A stretch of 64,000 nucleotides of DNA from an uncultured Gemmatimonadaceae bacterium (GTDB lineage: Bacteria > Gemmatimonadota > Gemmatimonadetes > Gemmatimonadales > Gemmatimonadaceae). The stretch is taken from positions 64,001 through 128,000 of the forward strand of contig CAWJMB010000002.1 of the NCBI GenBank assembly GCA_963843845.1. The letters are read 5' to 3'. The position numbers and the translations under genes were made by a program. This document shows positions 51,070 through 61,920 of this stretch, one piece after another; positions within the stretch are counted from its first letter, which is position 1, and each line of letters starts with the position of its first letter. A model generated the notes under the pieces. The model saw nothing but the letters and a program-made list of their open reading frames with translations, had not been told where the DNA came from and did not search any database.

Positions 51070-51246
51070 TCAGCTTTCGAGAGCGGCCGCTCTCGAGAAT
51101 ACGATCGTCAGCCGCTGCGCATCCTGCGACATCATCGCCGGCTCCCATCCGCCTCGGCTCCGTTCGTTGAGCAGGTCGGTCAGTGCGTCCTCGTCGTCGC
51201 GCAGATGTCGCGAGAAACGGATGACGACGGCCTGGTATTCTTTCAC
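51070..51246 (-). CDS. 58-aa small protein (DUF4177-like), absent from the ORF track
   Basis: MKEYQAVVI...LTDLLNERSRGGWE...IVFSR, translated by hand. Confidence 0.6.
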   Translation of the reverse strand: MKEYQAVVIRFSRHLRDDEDALTDLLNERSRGGWEPAMMSQDAQRLTIVFSRAAALES

Positions 51247-51487
51247 GCGCGCACGGTCGGAGTGGGACCACCGAGAGAGCGAAGAGTGGCACGAGGTTAG
51301 AGCAGCAGGCGTGCCATGACAAGGGTCACGAACGCCCGACGACCGTCCGCGACGACGTTCGCGCTCGACGATCGTGCGAATTCAGGGCGTCGTGGCCCAC
51401 GCCTCGCAAGAGTGCCGTCTCGTACCTCTCACCGCCGCGCACTCGGTCGACGCTGCGGGGTCGTCGCAGTTGCCTCGTCCCGAACGT

Positions 51488-51694
51488 ATGGTCACCCCCG
51501 GCCTCGAGCCCGTCTACTTTCAGGCGCCCGACTTCACGCACTGGACGGTGCACGAAGTCAGCGACCCCGACACGCCGTCGCAGCGTGCGCTCATCTTCGT
51601 CTCGTCGGTCGGCTTCCGGCGTGTGCGCCGCTATCCAGGCCACTGGCGCCAGCTCGACGCGGCAGGATTGTGGGCACTGAGCTGGGAGCGGTGA
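51488..51694 (+). CDS. Small hypothetical protein
   Basis: W.VHEV...LIF.S..GFRRVRRYP.HWR.L; directly upstream of upp. Confidence 0.6.
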   Translation: MVTPGLEPVYFQAPDFTHWTVHEVSDPDTPSQRALIFVSSVGFRRVRRYPGHWRQLDAAGLWALSWER

Positions 51695-51719
51695 CCGGTC
51701 GGTCGGCTAGCTTTCACGT

Positions 51720-52362
51720 ATGTCCGAATCCTTCCCCGCGCTCGTCGTCGTTCGCCACCCGCTCGTGCAGCACAAGCTGACGCTGCTGCGCGACCGCACG
51801 ACACCGACGAAGATCTTCAAGGAGCTCGTCGACGAGATCGCGATGCTCATGGCCTACGAGGCCACCACCGACCTCGCCCTCGACGACGTTCCCGTCGACA
51901 CGCCGCTCGAGCGGGCGATCGGTCAGCCGAGTGAGCGGAAAGAAGCTGACGCTCGTGCCGATCCTGCGCGCCGGGCTCGGCATGGTCGAAGGGATTCTGC
52001 GGCTCGTTCCGTCGGCGCGCGTCGGACACATCGGGCTCTATCGCGATCACGACACGCTCGAGCCGGTCGACTACTACTTCAAGGTCCCGGGCGACGCGGC
52101 GGAGCGCGACTTCTTCGTGCTCGATCCGATGCTCGCGACCGGCGGCAGCGCCGCCTCGGCCGTCGCGTCGCTCAAGCGCGCCGGCGCGACGCGCATCCGC
52201 TTCCTCTGCCTCGTCGCCGCGCCCGAAGGCGTGCGCCGGCTCGCCGACGCGCACCCCGACGTCACGATCTACTGCGCGTCGCTCGATCGCGAGCTGAACG
52301 CGCAGGGCTACATCCTCCCGGGACTCGGCGACGCGGGCGACCGGCTGTTCGGGACCCGGTGA
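51720..52362 (+). CDS. upp: Uracil phosphoribosyltransferase (frameshift near 51930)
   Basis: [28 protein letters not shown] and [13 protein letters not shown] motifs. Confidence 0.93.
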
Positions 52363-52365
52363 GCG

Positions 52366-53034
52366 TCACCCGAACCACTCGCGCGGACAGTCGCGCTGCT
52401 GCCGCGCCGCGTCGAGCACCCACTGCTGCGTCGCCGAATCGACGATTTCGGTCGCCACCCGGTCGAACCAGCGTCGCGCGGCGGCGTAGTCGCCGACGCG
52501 CCGCCACAGCTCGCCGACGAGATAGGTCAGCACCGCGCGCTCCTCGCGCGCCACGCCGTCGAAGCCCGTCGAGCGCCTCCTCGAACTCCCACGCCGCCTT
52601 GCGGCGGAAGAAGCGCTCGGCCTCGATGTCGCCCTCGTCCACGCAGCACCACGCAGCGCGCAGCAGCAGGTCGGCGACGTGCCGCGGCTCGAGCCCCTGC
52701 CACTCGGCCACCTTCGCGGCCGCCTCGTACTTCTCCGAGCCGACGAGCGACGCGTGGTCGAGCACCGCGCGCGTGACGGTCGGCGCGAGCTCGTTCCACA
52801 CGTGCTCGCGCAGCGTCGGGGTCACGTCGGCGTCGTCGGTGAAGTCGCGCTCGGCGCCCGAATAGCCGCAGCGGTTGCACATGTGGATGAGGTACGGCAG
52901 CGGCTGCGTGCCGGCGGCGCGCTCGTGGAAGTCGGTGCGCTTGCCGCCGAACGAGTTCGTCGAGACGACCGGCTGCGAACGAAGCGCGTCTCGCAGATGG
53001 GGCAGTGCAGCTCGATTTGCTGCAGCGTCGTCAT
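52366..53034 (-). CDS. DUF2225-like Zn-ribbon/helical protein (frameshifts near 52985 and 52565)
   Basis: CPIC...[22 protein letters not shown]...ARRWF. Confidence 0.75.
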
Positions 53035-53255
53035 CGATCCTGCTCCTGCGGTCATCCGTCGGCGTGGAGTGTTCGTACCGGAGCACCAAGAAACTTCCAT
53101 GCCATGCGCGGCTCGGCTCACCGAGTCGCTCGTGTCGCGTGTCACACGGCGCACGGCGACGCCGGCACACGCCGCACCGCGCCTCCGCGCGCGCTCTTGT
53201 TCGCCTCCGAGGCCACGTCTATCTTCTGCCTCCCGTGACCCTCCTGCCGTCGTAG

Positions 53256-54205
53256 ATGCTGATCAACCTGCTGCCCGATTTCCTCGCCGTTCTCGAGAGC
53301 GAGGATCGCGTCGCCGCCTACCAGCGCTACTTCGAGGCGCACCGGACGCTGCTCGCCGCGTACTGGGACAACTACGTCGTCGACCCCGACGGCCCGCACT
53401 TCGACGAGGTCGTGCGCGCGACCGTCGCCGCCGATCGCGCCGACCTGCACGCGATGCTCGCTCGCACCGACGTCGTCGCACTCGCCGCCGCCGCGCACGA
53501 CCGTGCCGCGCAGCTGCTCGCGAGGACGTCGAGGTCGACGTCGTGCTCATGGTCGGCGTCGGCGCCGCGAACGCCGGAGAGCTCGTCGTCGACGGCCGAG
53601 GCATCGCGTTCGTCTGCCTCGAGCACTTCACCGGCGTCGCGAATCCGACGACGCAGGGGCTCGGCCTCGACCCCGAGCTCATTCCGCTCTGGCTCGCGCA
53701 CGAGATGACGCACGCCGTGCGCTACACCTCGCCCGCGAGCCGCAGCGAGATGCGCCCGCTCGTCACCGAGTGCGGCGGATACTACTCGTACTGGGAGACG
53801 GGTCGGCGCGCCGCCTTGCGCGAGCTGCTCGTGAACGAGGGGCTCGCCGTGCAGGTCTCGCGCCTCGTCAGCCCTGGCCACGCCGCGTGGGAGTACTTCG
53901 GCTACGGCCGCCGGCAGTACGCGCGCGTGCGCGAGCTCGAGCCGGTGATCACGCGCGCCGTCTCTGCCGACATCGATCGCGCCGGACTCGGCCTCCGCCT
54001 GCGCTAGCTCTCGGGCGGGATGAGCGACGAGGCGCGCACCGTCGACCGCTACGTCCTCCCCGAGCGCAGCGGCTACTTCCTCGGTGCCCGCATGGTCGAG
54101 CCGGCGATCGTGCAGCGCGGCGTGGCGTGGGCGGTGCGGGCGTCGGCGGAGGAGCTGTGCGCGGTCGGGTCGGCGCGGGCGGTACGCCCGGCGGCGAGCG
54201 CCTGA
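53256..54205 (+). CDS. Putative Zn-dependent protease (HExxH...E); frameshift near 53522 and in-frame TAG at 54005
   Basis: AHEMTH, NEGLA and P.RSGYFLG motifs. Confidence 0.7.
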
Positions 54206-54501
54206 CGCGGCGTTCGCTCTCCACCGGCATCCTCGGGGCGCACGAAGGCACTTTCGTTGGCATCCCGTCGTCGGCTCGGCTGCGGAGTCCTGCTCGGAGT
54301 CGCCGCTCTGTCGCCGGGCGTCGCGCTCCTGGTGGCCGGCCGTTGGGTCCAGACGCACGGCGGTGGGCGAGCGGTGCTCGTCGGCGGGGTGGCGGCGCTG
54401 GCGCTCGGGCTGTTCGTTCTCGTGACGCTCGGCTCCGCGCTTCGGAGGTCGGCGATGGAAGGCGGACGTGACGTTCGGACGTGACGGGCGGAAAGGCGCC
54501 G

Positions 54502-55937
54502 TCACTTCCCCACGCAGAACGTCGAGAACAGCCGCCCGAGCACGTCCTCGACGTCGATCGCGCCGATGATCTCGTCGAGCGCGTGCACGGCGGCTCGCAG
54601 ATGCACCGCCGCCACCGGCGCCGGCAGCGCGTCGACGGCGAACGCCTCGACGAACTGCGCGAGCTCGGCGTGCGCCTCGCTCAGCGCGCGCTGGTGCCGC
54701 TCGCGCGTGACGAGCGGCGTGTCGATCGACGGCGCGTCGTAGCGCGCCGAGAGCGCATCGAGGATCGCGGCGACGAGGGCGTGCAGCCCCTCGCCCGTCG
54801 TCGCGCTGACCGCGATCGGCGATGTGGTGGTACGGTCGGCGTCGGATCGGTTCGGTGGGGGCGTCGAGCTCGTGGCATCTTGCGTACGGGGGGCCCCCCC
54901 CTGGGGGGCGGAGGCGAGGTCACTCTTGGTACGCACCTCGATCAGCGGCGCCGTCGTGAGCGGCCGCACGCGCGCCACCGTCGCGTCGACGTCGTCGGCC
55001 GTCTCGCCGCACGCGAGCACGACGTGCGCCCGCGCGACCCACCGCTCCGACAGCTCGATCCCCGCCCGCTCGATCTGGTCGACGGTCTCCCGCAGCCCCG
55101 CCGTGTCGACGAGGCGCAGCGGCCACGCCGCTCCCGGCACCTCGAGCAGCACCTCGAGCGCGTCGCGCGTCGTGCCCGGCACCTCGGTCACGATCGCCCG
55201 CGCCTCGCCGGCGAGCGCGTTGAACAGCGACGACTTCCCCGCGTTCGGGGGCCCCGCGATGACGACGAGCGCGCCGTCGCGCACGATGGCGCCGGCGGGC
55301 ACGGTGTGCAGCAGTGCGGCGACGCTGTCGCGCGCGCCCTCCGCGGCGGCGAGCATCCGCGCCCGCGGGACCGGCCCGTCGTCCTCGTCTGGGAAGTCGA
55401 TGTCGTAGGCGACCAGTGCCTCGACGTCGAGCACCCGCTCGCGCAACTCGGCCACGCGCCGCGACAGGCCGCCGTCGAGCTGCGCGACCGCGGCGCGCCG
55501 CATCGCCTGCGTTCGCGCGTCGATCAGGTCGCCGACCGCCTCGGCCTGTGCGAGATCGAGCTTGCCGCGCAGCACGGCGCGGCGCGTGAACTCGCCTGGC
55601 AGCGCCTGTCGCGCGCCGGCCGCGACGAGCGCCGCCAGCGTCGCCGCCGGAACCGCGTGCCCGCCGTGCGTGGACAGCTCGACGACGTCCTCGCCCGTGT
55701 ACGAGCGCGGCGCCGGGTAGCGTCGTCACGAGCGGTCGGTCGATCGGCTCGCCGGTGCGCGGGTCGCGCACGGCGCACAGCGTCGCGACGCGCGGCGACA
55801 GGGGCCACGGCGCGAGCACGCGTGCGGCCACGTCGAACGCGCGTCGGCCCGCTCACGCGCACGACGGCGATCGCCGCGCGTCCCGGGGCCGTCGCGATCG
55901 CCGCGATCGTGTCTTCGTCGCCGGCAGTTGGTATCAT
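54502..55937 (-). CDS. mnmE: tRNA modification GTPase MnmE (indels in the 5' part)
   Basis: DTIAAIATAPG, GPPNAGKSS, PGTTRD, DTAG; ends FCVGK. Confidence 0.93.
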
Positions 55938-56759
55938 GACGACATCATCGCGCGAGCGTGAGCGTCTCCCCGGGCTCGAGAATCCGCACGTCGCCCGCCC
56001 GCGCGTAGCTGCGGCAGCGCCGCCCGCAGCCGCGCGATCGCGTCGTGCGCCCCCGACGTCATGTGGTTGAACGTCCCCCAGTGGTACGGCACGAAGTAGC
56101 GCGCGCCGAGGCGCCCGAACAGCTCGAGCGCGTCCTCGACGGTCAGGTGCCCGGCGCGGAAGCGCGCCGCCTTCCACTCGGGCGCGTGCCCGATCGGGAG
56201 CAGCGCGACGTCGAGCGGCCTGCCGAGCGCGCCGCAGACACGTGCCGCCAACGCGTGCGTCGACGGGGTGAGCGCGGTGTCGCCGGCGAAGAGCACGCTG
56301 TGTGACGGCGACGTCGAGGAGGTACATGTGCGCCTCGCTTCGCCAGCGGTCGAACCCGTAGCGGCTCCCGACGTGCGTCGCGCGCTCCGCATGCACCATC
56401 ACGGTGCCTAACGAGTGGTCGGCGCCTGCGGCGAGCGGCCGCGCGGTCGAGATGCCGCGCCGCGTGAGCCACGCGGCGACGGTCGGCGGCGCGATCACGG
56501 GAACGTCGTGCCGCATCCGCTGCAGGGCGCCTAACGATGTGAGCGACAGGTGGTCGACGTGCGCGTGCGTCACGAGCACCGCGTCGAGCCTGGGCAGCGC
56601 GGCGAGCGCGATGCCCGGCGCCGCGACGCGCTTCAACCGCGACCCGATCGCGAACGGGCCGAGCGCGTCGTCGAAGTTCGGGTCGGTGAGGATCGTGACG
56701 CCGTCGAGCTCGATGAGGAGCGTCGCGTGGCCGACGTAGGTGATGCGCGCGGGGTGCAT
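55934..56759 (-). CDS. MBL-fold metallo-hydrolase (indels near 56310 and 56000)
   Basis: GHAT, TDP, THAHVDH, FAGDT, LLPIG and PYHWGTF motifs. Confidence 0.85.
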
Positions 56760-56807
56760 TCCACCACTGCCGGGCAGATTCCGCGCCCGACCTCGACCCA
56801 CTCGACC

Positions 56808-56988
56808 ATGCCCCGTCGTCCGCTCGCCGCGCTCGCGGCGGCAGCCGGCCTACTCTACCGTCGTGCAGAAGCCGTGGGTCAACACGTTCGTGTTCGGCCT
56901 CGTCCCGGCGCCGCCGATCAGCGTCTCGCAGCGGTGCCCGGTCGTCGTCCAGAAGGTCACGGCCGAGCGGAGCTTCCTGCACAGCTGA
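56808..56988 (+). pseudogene. Possible Bor-like lipoprotein remnant
   Basis: KPWVNTFVFGLV...CP...KVTAERSFL; lacks an intact lipobox and C-terminus. Confidence 0.35.
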
Positions 56989-57042
56989 CGCCGGGTTCCC
57001 AGCCGTCACTCCTCGCTCCGCTCGGAGTGACGGGCGGGGGCA

Positions 57043-58838
57043 CTACGCCCTCAACGGCGACCCCTTCCGGATCGGCGTGCCTTCCACGGGCGGGCTTCCC
57101 CCCGACTTCTTCCGTTCCCGCGCGATGAGCCACTGCTGCGGGATCATGATGAGGTTCTGCGTCAGGTAGTAGAGGTTCAGCCCCGAGGCGAGGTTCAGGA
57201 AGAAGAACAGGAAGACGGCCGGCATCACGTAGGCCATCATCTTCTGCTGCTGCATCTGCGGGCCCGCCGGCGCGGTGCGCATGCCGATCCACGAGAGCAG
57301 GAACTGCGTCGCCGCGACGAGCACCGGCATGACGTAGAACGGGTCCTTGATCGAGATGTCGGGCAGGTACAGGAACGGCACGCCGCGGAACTCGATCGTG
57401 TTCTGGAACACGTGGAAGAGCGCGAAGAAGATCGGCAGCGGAATGAGCATCGGCAGACAGCCGGTGACCGGCGCGAGCGGGCTCATGCCGTGCGCCGCGT
57501 ACAGCCTCGTCATCTCCTGCTGCAGCTTCGCCGGGTCGCCCTTGTGGCGCGTCTGGATCGCCTGCAGCTCCGGCTGGAGCCGCTGCATCTTGACCTGCGT
57601 GCGCATCATCCCCTGCTGGAGCGGCCACAACGCGAGGCGCACGATGACGCCGAACAGCACCAGCACCCAGCCGTAGCTCAGCGCGAACGTGTCGTGCATC
57701 CAGAACAGCGCCTTGATGCAGAACGTCGCGAACGGCTGCACGACGCCCTGGAGCCACCCGCCGTACGGGTTCACGTTCTCGAAGTCGCGCCCCATCGCCG
57801 TGAGGTGGCGGTACTCGAGCGGGCCGGCGTAAACGTCCATCGCGAAGCCGCCGTTGTTCAGCGCCTGCACGATCGTGCCGCTCGCGTGCGTCGCGACTTT
57901 CGAGGTGCGGACGCCGCCCTGCAGCGTCGCCTCGGTGAACGTCATCCCTGCAGGGGCGAGCGCGCCGACGAGGAAGTACTTGCTCTTCGCGACCGCCCAC
58001 GTCAGCGGGCCCGGAACGATCTCGCGCTCTCCTGGCTCGAGGCGCGAGAACGCCGCCGCCTTCGCATCCTTGTTCGTGCGCTTGTACGCGTAGGCGAGAT
58101 GCGTCAGGTGATCGAGCGAGTCCGTCTCGGTCGTCTGCAGCCGCGCCGGCAGGTCGACGAGCAGATATGCCGGCCCCGTCACGTTCCCGACGGTGCCGCG
58201 CAGGTGCGCGACGAAGCTGTCGGGAACGAAGGAGTAGACGAACTGCACCGGCACCGTCGCCCCGGCGCGCGTCTGCGCGACGCCGTCGAGTTGCACGACC
58301 TGCACGGTGGCCGCGCCGTTCCTCGCTCCGCTCGGGGCGACAGGGCGCGTGGCGGTGAACAGCGTGCGCGAGAGCACGAGTGTGTCGCCGGGGATCACGA
58401 CGCGGTACGACAGGAGCGCCTCGTTCCGCGCCGCCAGCTCGACCGGCCGCCCGCCCCCGAGCGTGGCCGGGGCGAGACTTCTGTAGTCGCGCATCTCCGC
58501 GCCGACCAGCGATGCGCCGGCGGTGCTCACGCGATACGACGTCGTCGCGCCGCCGACGCTCAGCACCTCTGCCGCCGCCGAGGGGGCCGGAGCGGCTGTC
58601 GCGACAGTCGGCGCACCAGAGATCGACGGTGTCTGAGCCGAGGCAGCCGGCGCGGTGGCCGGCGTGGCCGACGGCACCGTGGCCGGCGTGGCCGACGGCG
58701 CCGTGATGGCGGTCGTCGGGGTCGCGGCGGGATCGTCGCCGAGGCCGGCGAGCGGCGCGTCGGGAAGAGCAGTTGCGCGACGAGCACGACCCCCACGGCG
58801 AGCACGAGGGCGAGCAGCAGTCGTCTATTGTTTTCCAT
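57043..58838 (-). CDS. yidC: Membrane protein insertase YidC (indel in the 5' linker)
   Basis: MENNRRLLLAL; YAGP; YGW; GCLPMLI; IEFRG.PF; SGLNLYY. Confidence 0.93.
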
Positions 58839-58901
58839 GACTATGTGAGCGACGGACGGGCGGCGGGCGACGCCGGGAGACGCTCGAGCGTCTCGCGCTT
58901 C

Positions 58902-59114
58902 TTAGGGGACCGGGTCGTAGCCGCCGGGGCGGAACGGGTGACAGCGGCCGATACGGCGCACCGTCAGCCAGCTCCCGCGTATCGCGCCGTGCTTCTCGAG
59001 CGCCTCGATGCCGTACGCGGAGCAGGAAGGATAATAACGGCACTGTCCGCCGAGCAGCGGCGAGAGCGCGACCTGGTAGGCGCGGACGACGAGCACGAGC
59101 AGCGTGGCGACCAT
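58902..59114 (-). CDS. yidD: Membrane protein insertion efficiency factor
   Basis: [10 protein letters not shown]...RCHPF..GGYDPVP. Confidence 0.95.
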   Translation of the reverse strand: MVATLLVLVVRAYQVALSPLLGGQCRYYPSCSAYGIEALEKHGAIRGSWLTVRRIGRCHPFRPGGYDPVP

Positions 59115-59123
59115 CGATGCGCG

Positions 59124-59582
59124 CTACGGCTCGCGGGGGGTCGTGAGATTCACGACCACGCGGTCGATCTGACGTGCCAGCGCCGCGAAGTCGTCGTCGT
59201 ACGCTTCGGCTCGTGCGCGAACGACGAGCTCGCACGGGTGCAGCCCCGGCGGCGTCGGCAGCACCGGCAGGAGCCGGGTGCGGACGAGCTCGCGCAGCCG
59301 CCGTTTGAGGCGATTCCGGTCGACGGCGGAGTGGCGGTGTCGCGGAACGATGATGCCGACACGACACGACTCTGCCGCGACCACGCGCACTTCGAGGTGC
59401 TCCGCCTTGATGCGCCGCCCCTGTCGCCGCACCCGGTCGAGATCGGCGCCGCGGGTGAGCCGGCGATCGCGCGGAAATGCGAACGGCCGGCGGTTCGCTC
59501 GCGTGCCCGAGGTGCTCGAGGCATCGCGCGGCGAATCGCCGGCCGACGTCGGATCCTGACGCGGACCCTGATGTGGATCCAC
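59124..59582 (-). CDS. rnpA: Ribonuclease P protein component (start uncertain)
   Basis: SAVDRNRLKRRLRE RNR motif; synteny with rpmH and yidD. Confidence 0.92.
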   Translation of the reverse strand: MDPHQGPRQDPTSAGDSPRDASSTSGTRANRRPFAFPRDRRLTRGADLDRVRRQGRRIKAEHLEVRVVAAESCRVGIIVPRHRHSAVDRNRLKRRLRELVRTRLLPVLPTPPGLHPCELVVRARAEAYDDDFAALARQIDRVVVNLTTPREP

Positions 59583-59628
59583 CGGCGGTGGCTACACGCT
59601 CAGGCGCGAATCGCTCGGGCGCCCGTCC

Positions 59629-59796
59629 TCAGGCGCCCGCGACGTACTTGGTCGGGATCTGCACGGTGAGACGCTTGCGCCCCTTCTTGCGGCGGCGGCT
59701 CAGCACTTCGCGCCCCCACTTGTCGGCCATGCGCGTGCGGAAGCCGTGCGTGCGGATGCGGCGCTTGTTACGGGGGCGGTAGGTCGGCTTACCCAT
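59629..59796 (-). CDS. rpmH: 50S ribosomal protein L34 (absent from the ORF track)
   Basis: [23 protein letters not shown]...GRKRL, translated by hand. Confidence 0.97.
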   Translation of the reverse strand: MGKPTYRPRNKRRIRTHGFRTRMADKWGREVLSRRRKKGRKRLTVQIPTKYVAGA

Positions 59797-59990
59797 CGAA
59801 GTGCTCCAACGAGGTGCTGGCGATATGCAGGGCGCTATGCGCGAGCGCGAGGCGCCGGCGCGAACAGTCGAATGCCCCGCACATCGCTGCCCGGGACAGA
59901 CCGGTAAACGTAGTCCTGGCCTACACTTGCGTCAACCCGCCCGTGCTCGGCACGAGCCGCGCGACCGTGCGGTACGTGACAGCGAGCAAG

Positions 59991-60040
59991 TTATCCACGT
60001 CCTCGGCGAAGTTCTCCACGAACGCGTTGATTTTTCCACA
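59991..60040 (+). promoter_or_regulatory. DnaA-box-like sites upstream of dnaA
   Basis: TTATCCACG, TTCTCCACG and TTTTCCACA. Confidence 0.7.
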
Positions 60041-60090
60041 TCGTCGCATCACTTTCGCCTCCCCGCATCACTGTCCTTCTCGCCTGCCTG

Positions 60091-61650
60091 ATGTCGCTGT
60101 CGGCCACCGAAGTCTGGGAACGTCTGCTCCTCCGCGCTCGCTCGGAGCTTCCCGAGTCGACGTACCGCACCTGGCTCGAGCCGACCGAAGCGCTGGCCCT
60201 CGAGCGGGACGCGGTCGTCGTCGGCGCGCCCGACCAGTTCGCGGCCGACTGGAACACCTCCAAGCACGCCGCCCTCCTCTCCTCGTACGCCCCCGTCGCG
60301 CTCGGCCACCCGATCGAGGTCGTCTTTCAGGTGCACACGAGCCGGAAGGCGAGAGAGCAGATGGATTTTCTCGTCGAGCCGCCGCCGGTGGCGGTGAAAC
60401 AGCCGGGGAGCGGGGAGCCCGGAGCGGGGAGCGGGAGGGCGCAGGCACCGGATTCTCGATCCCCGCTCCCCGATCCCCGGCCCGTTCACAGCGCCCCGCT
60501 CAACCCGCGCTACACCTTCGACCACTTCGTCATCGGTCAGTCCAACGACGTCGCCGCGGCGGCCGCGGGGGGGGCGGCGCAGGCACCGGGGAAGGTCTAC
60601 AACCCCCTGTTCATCTACGGCGACACCGGGCTCGGCAAGACGCATCTCATCCAGGCGGTCGCGCACGAGCTGCTGGGGCGCAATCCGATGACGCGCGTCA
60701 CCTACGTCAACACCGAGCAGTTCACGAACGAGTTCGTCGCCGCGCTGCAGAGCCGCACGACGCTCGACTTTCGACGGCGCTACCGCGAGACCGACATCCT
60801 CCTCGTCGACGACGTGCAGTTCCTGCGCGGCAAGGAGACCACGCAGGAAGAGTTCTTCCACACGTTCAACGCGATCTACGAGGCCGGGCGGCAGATCTGC
60901 CTGACGAGCGACCGCCCGCCGAAAGACATTCCTGGTCTCGAGGCGCGTCTCGTGAGCCGGTTCGAGTGGGGGCTCGTCGCGAACGTCGACCTCCCCGAGT
61001 TCGAGCATCGCGTCGCGATCCTGCGCAAGAAGGCGCAGCTCGACCACCTCGAGAGCTCGATCCCCGACACCGTCCTCGAGTTCATCGCCGAGCACGTGAA
61101 GTCGAGCGTGCGGGAGCTGGAAGGGTCGATCATCAAGCTCCTCGCTTACGCGTCGCTCAAGCGCGGCGACATCACGATCGAGCTCGCGCGCGAGGCGCTG
61201 CGAGACAAGCTGCGGGTGGAGGACGGTGCGGCTGCCGGGGCTCGGGACGCGGGGCTCGGGGCCCGGGCGGGTGCCTCCTGGGCGGGCGCGAGCGGGAATC
61301 GGGCGGCCAGCGTCTACTCGTCGCCGCCAGGCTCCAAGTCGGCCGAGCGCGCTGCGCTGTCGGTCATGACGATCCAGCAGATCGTCGGCGCGGAGTGGGG
61401 GGTGACGCCGGAAGGGCTGCAGTCGAAGACGCGGACGAAGGCGTTGACGACGCCGCGGCAGATCGCGATGTGGCTGTGCCGCGAGCTGCTCGCGTTACAG
61501 CTCGTCGAGATCGGCAACGCGTTCGGCGGGCGCGACCACTCGACGGTGATCCACTCGCTCGAGCGGGCGCAGGCGATGATGGCGGAAGACGAGGCGTTCC
61601 GGGGGCGTGTGGAGAAGGTGCGCGGGATGTTGGTAAGCATCCGCGGCTAG
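60091..61650 (+). CDS. dnaA: Chromosomal replication initiator DnaA
   Basis: YNPLFIYG..GLGKTHL, DDVQF, QEEFFHTFN and GGRDHSTV motifs. Confidence 0.98.
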   Translation: MSLSATEVWERLLLRARSELPESTYRTWLEPTEALALERDAVVVGAPDQFAADWNTSKHAALLSSYAPVALGHPIEVVFQVHTSRKAREQMDFLVEPPPVAVKQPGSGEPGAGSGRAQAPDSRSPLPDPRPVHSAPLNPRYTFDHFVIGQSNDVAAAAAGGAAQAPGKVYNPLFIYGDTGLGKTHLIQAVAHELLGRNPMTRVTYVNTEQFTNEFVAALQSRTTLDFRRRYRETDILLVDDVQFLRGKETTQEEFFHTFNAIYEAGRQICLTSDRPPKDIPGLEARLVSRFEWGLVANVDLPEFEHRVAILRKKAQLDHLESSIPDTVLEFIAEHVKSSVRELEGSIIKLLAYASLKRGDITIELAREALRDKLRVEDGAAAGARDAGLGARAGASWAGASGNRAASVYSSPPGSKSAERAALSVMTIQQIVGAEWGVTPEGLQSKTRTKALTTPRQIAMWLCRELLALQLVEIGNAFGGRDHSTVIHSLERAQAMMAEDEAFRGRVEKVRGMLVSIRG

Positions 61651-61920
61651 CCGGTCTTCCCACACGCTGTGCACACGACCGGGCACGGCGGGCGCCGGAC
61701 ATCCACACCGGTGGCGGGGCGCGGCGGGAGTCCACATCGCCGTCCACACGTCATCCACGCGCCAACTCGTTCTCCGGCAGTGAGTTCGGCCGCCTCTCCC
61801 CGAGTCCACAATCTCTACTGGTACTACTGGGTTTTAGATCTATAAAGAACAGCTAGATAGCAGAGCGACGGCTGTGTATTCTGCGCCGAGCGCCCTGACC
61901 TCTTTCATCCCGTCTCCTCG
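61651..61920. other. Probable oriC (dnaA-dnaN intergenic region)
   Basis: About seven co-oriented relaxed (T)CCACA-type boxes followed by TAC repeats and an AT-rich stretch at 61810-61865. Confidence 0.8.

Noticed and set aside
54005..54007. In-frame TAG as recoding (pyrrolysine or readthrough)
   Set aside because: It is one base from TAC in an error-rich block, and TAG is a normal stop elsewhere (dnaA, kinase)
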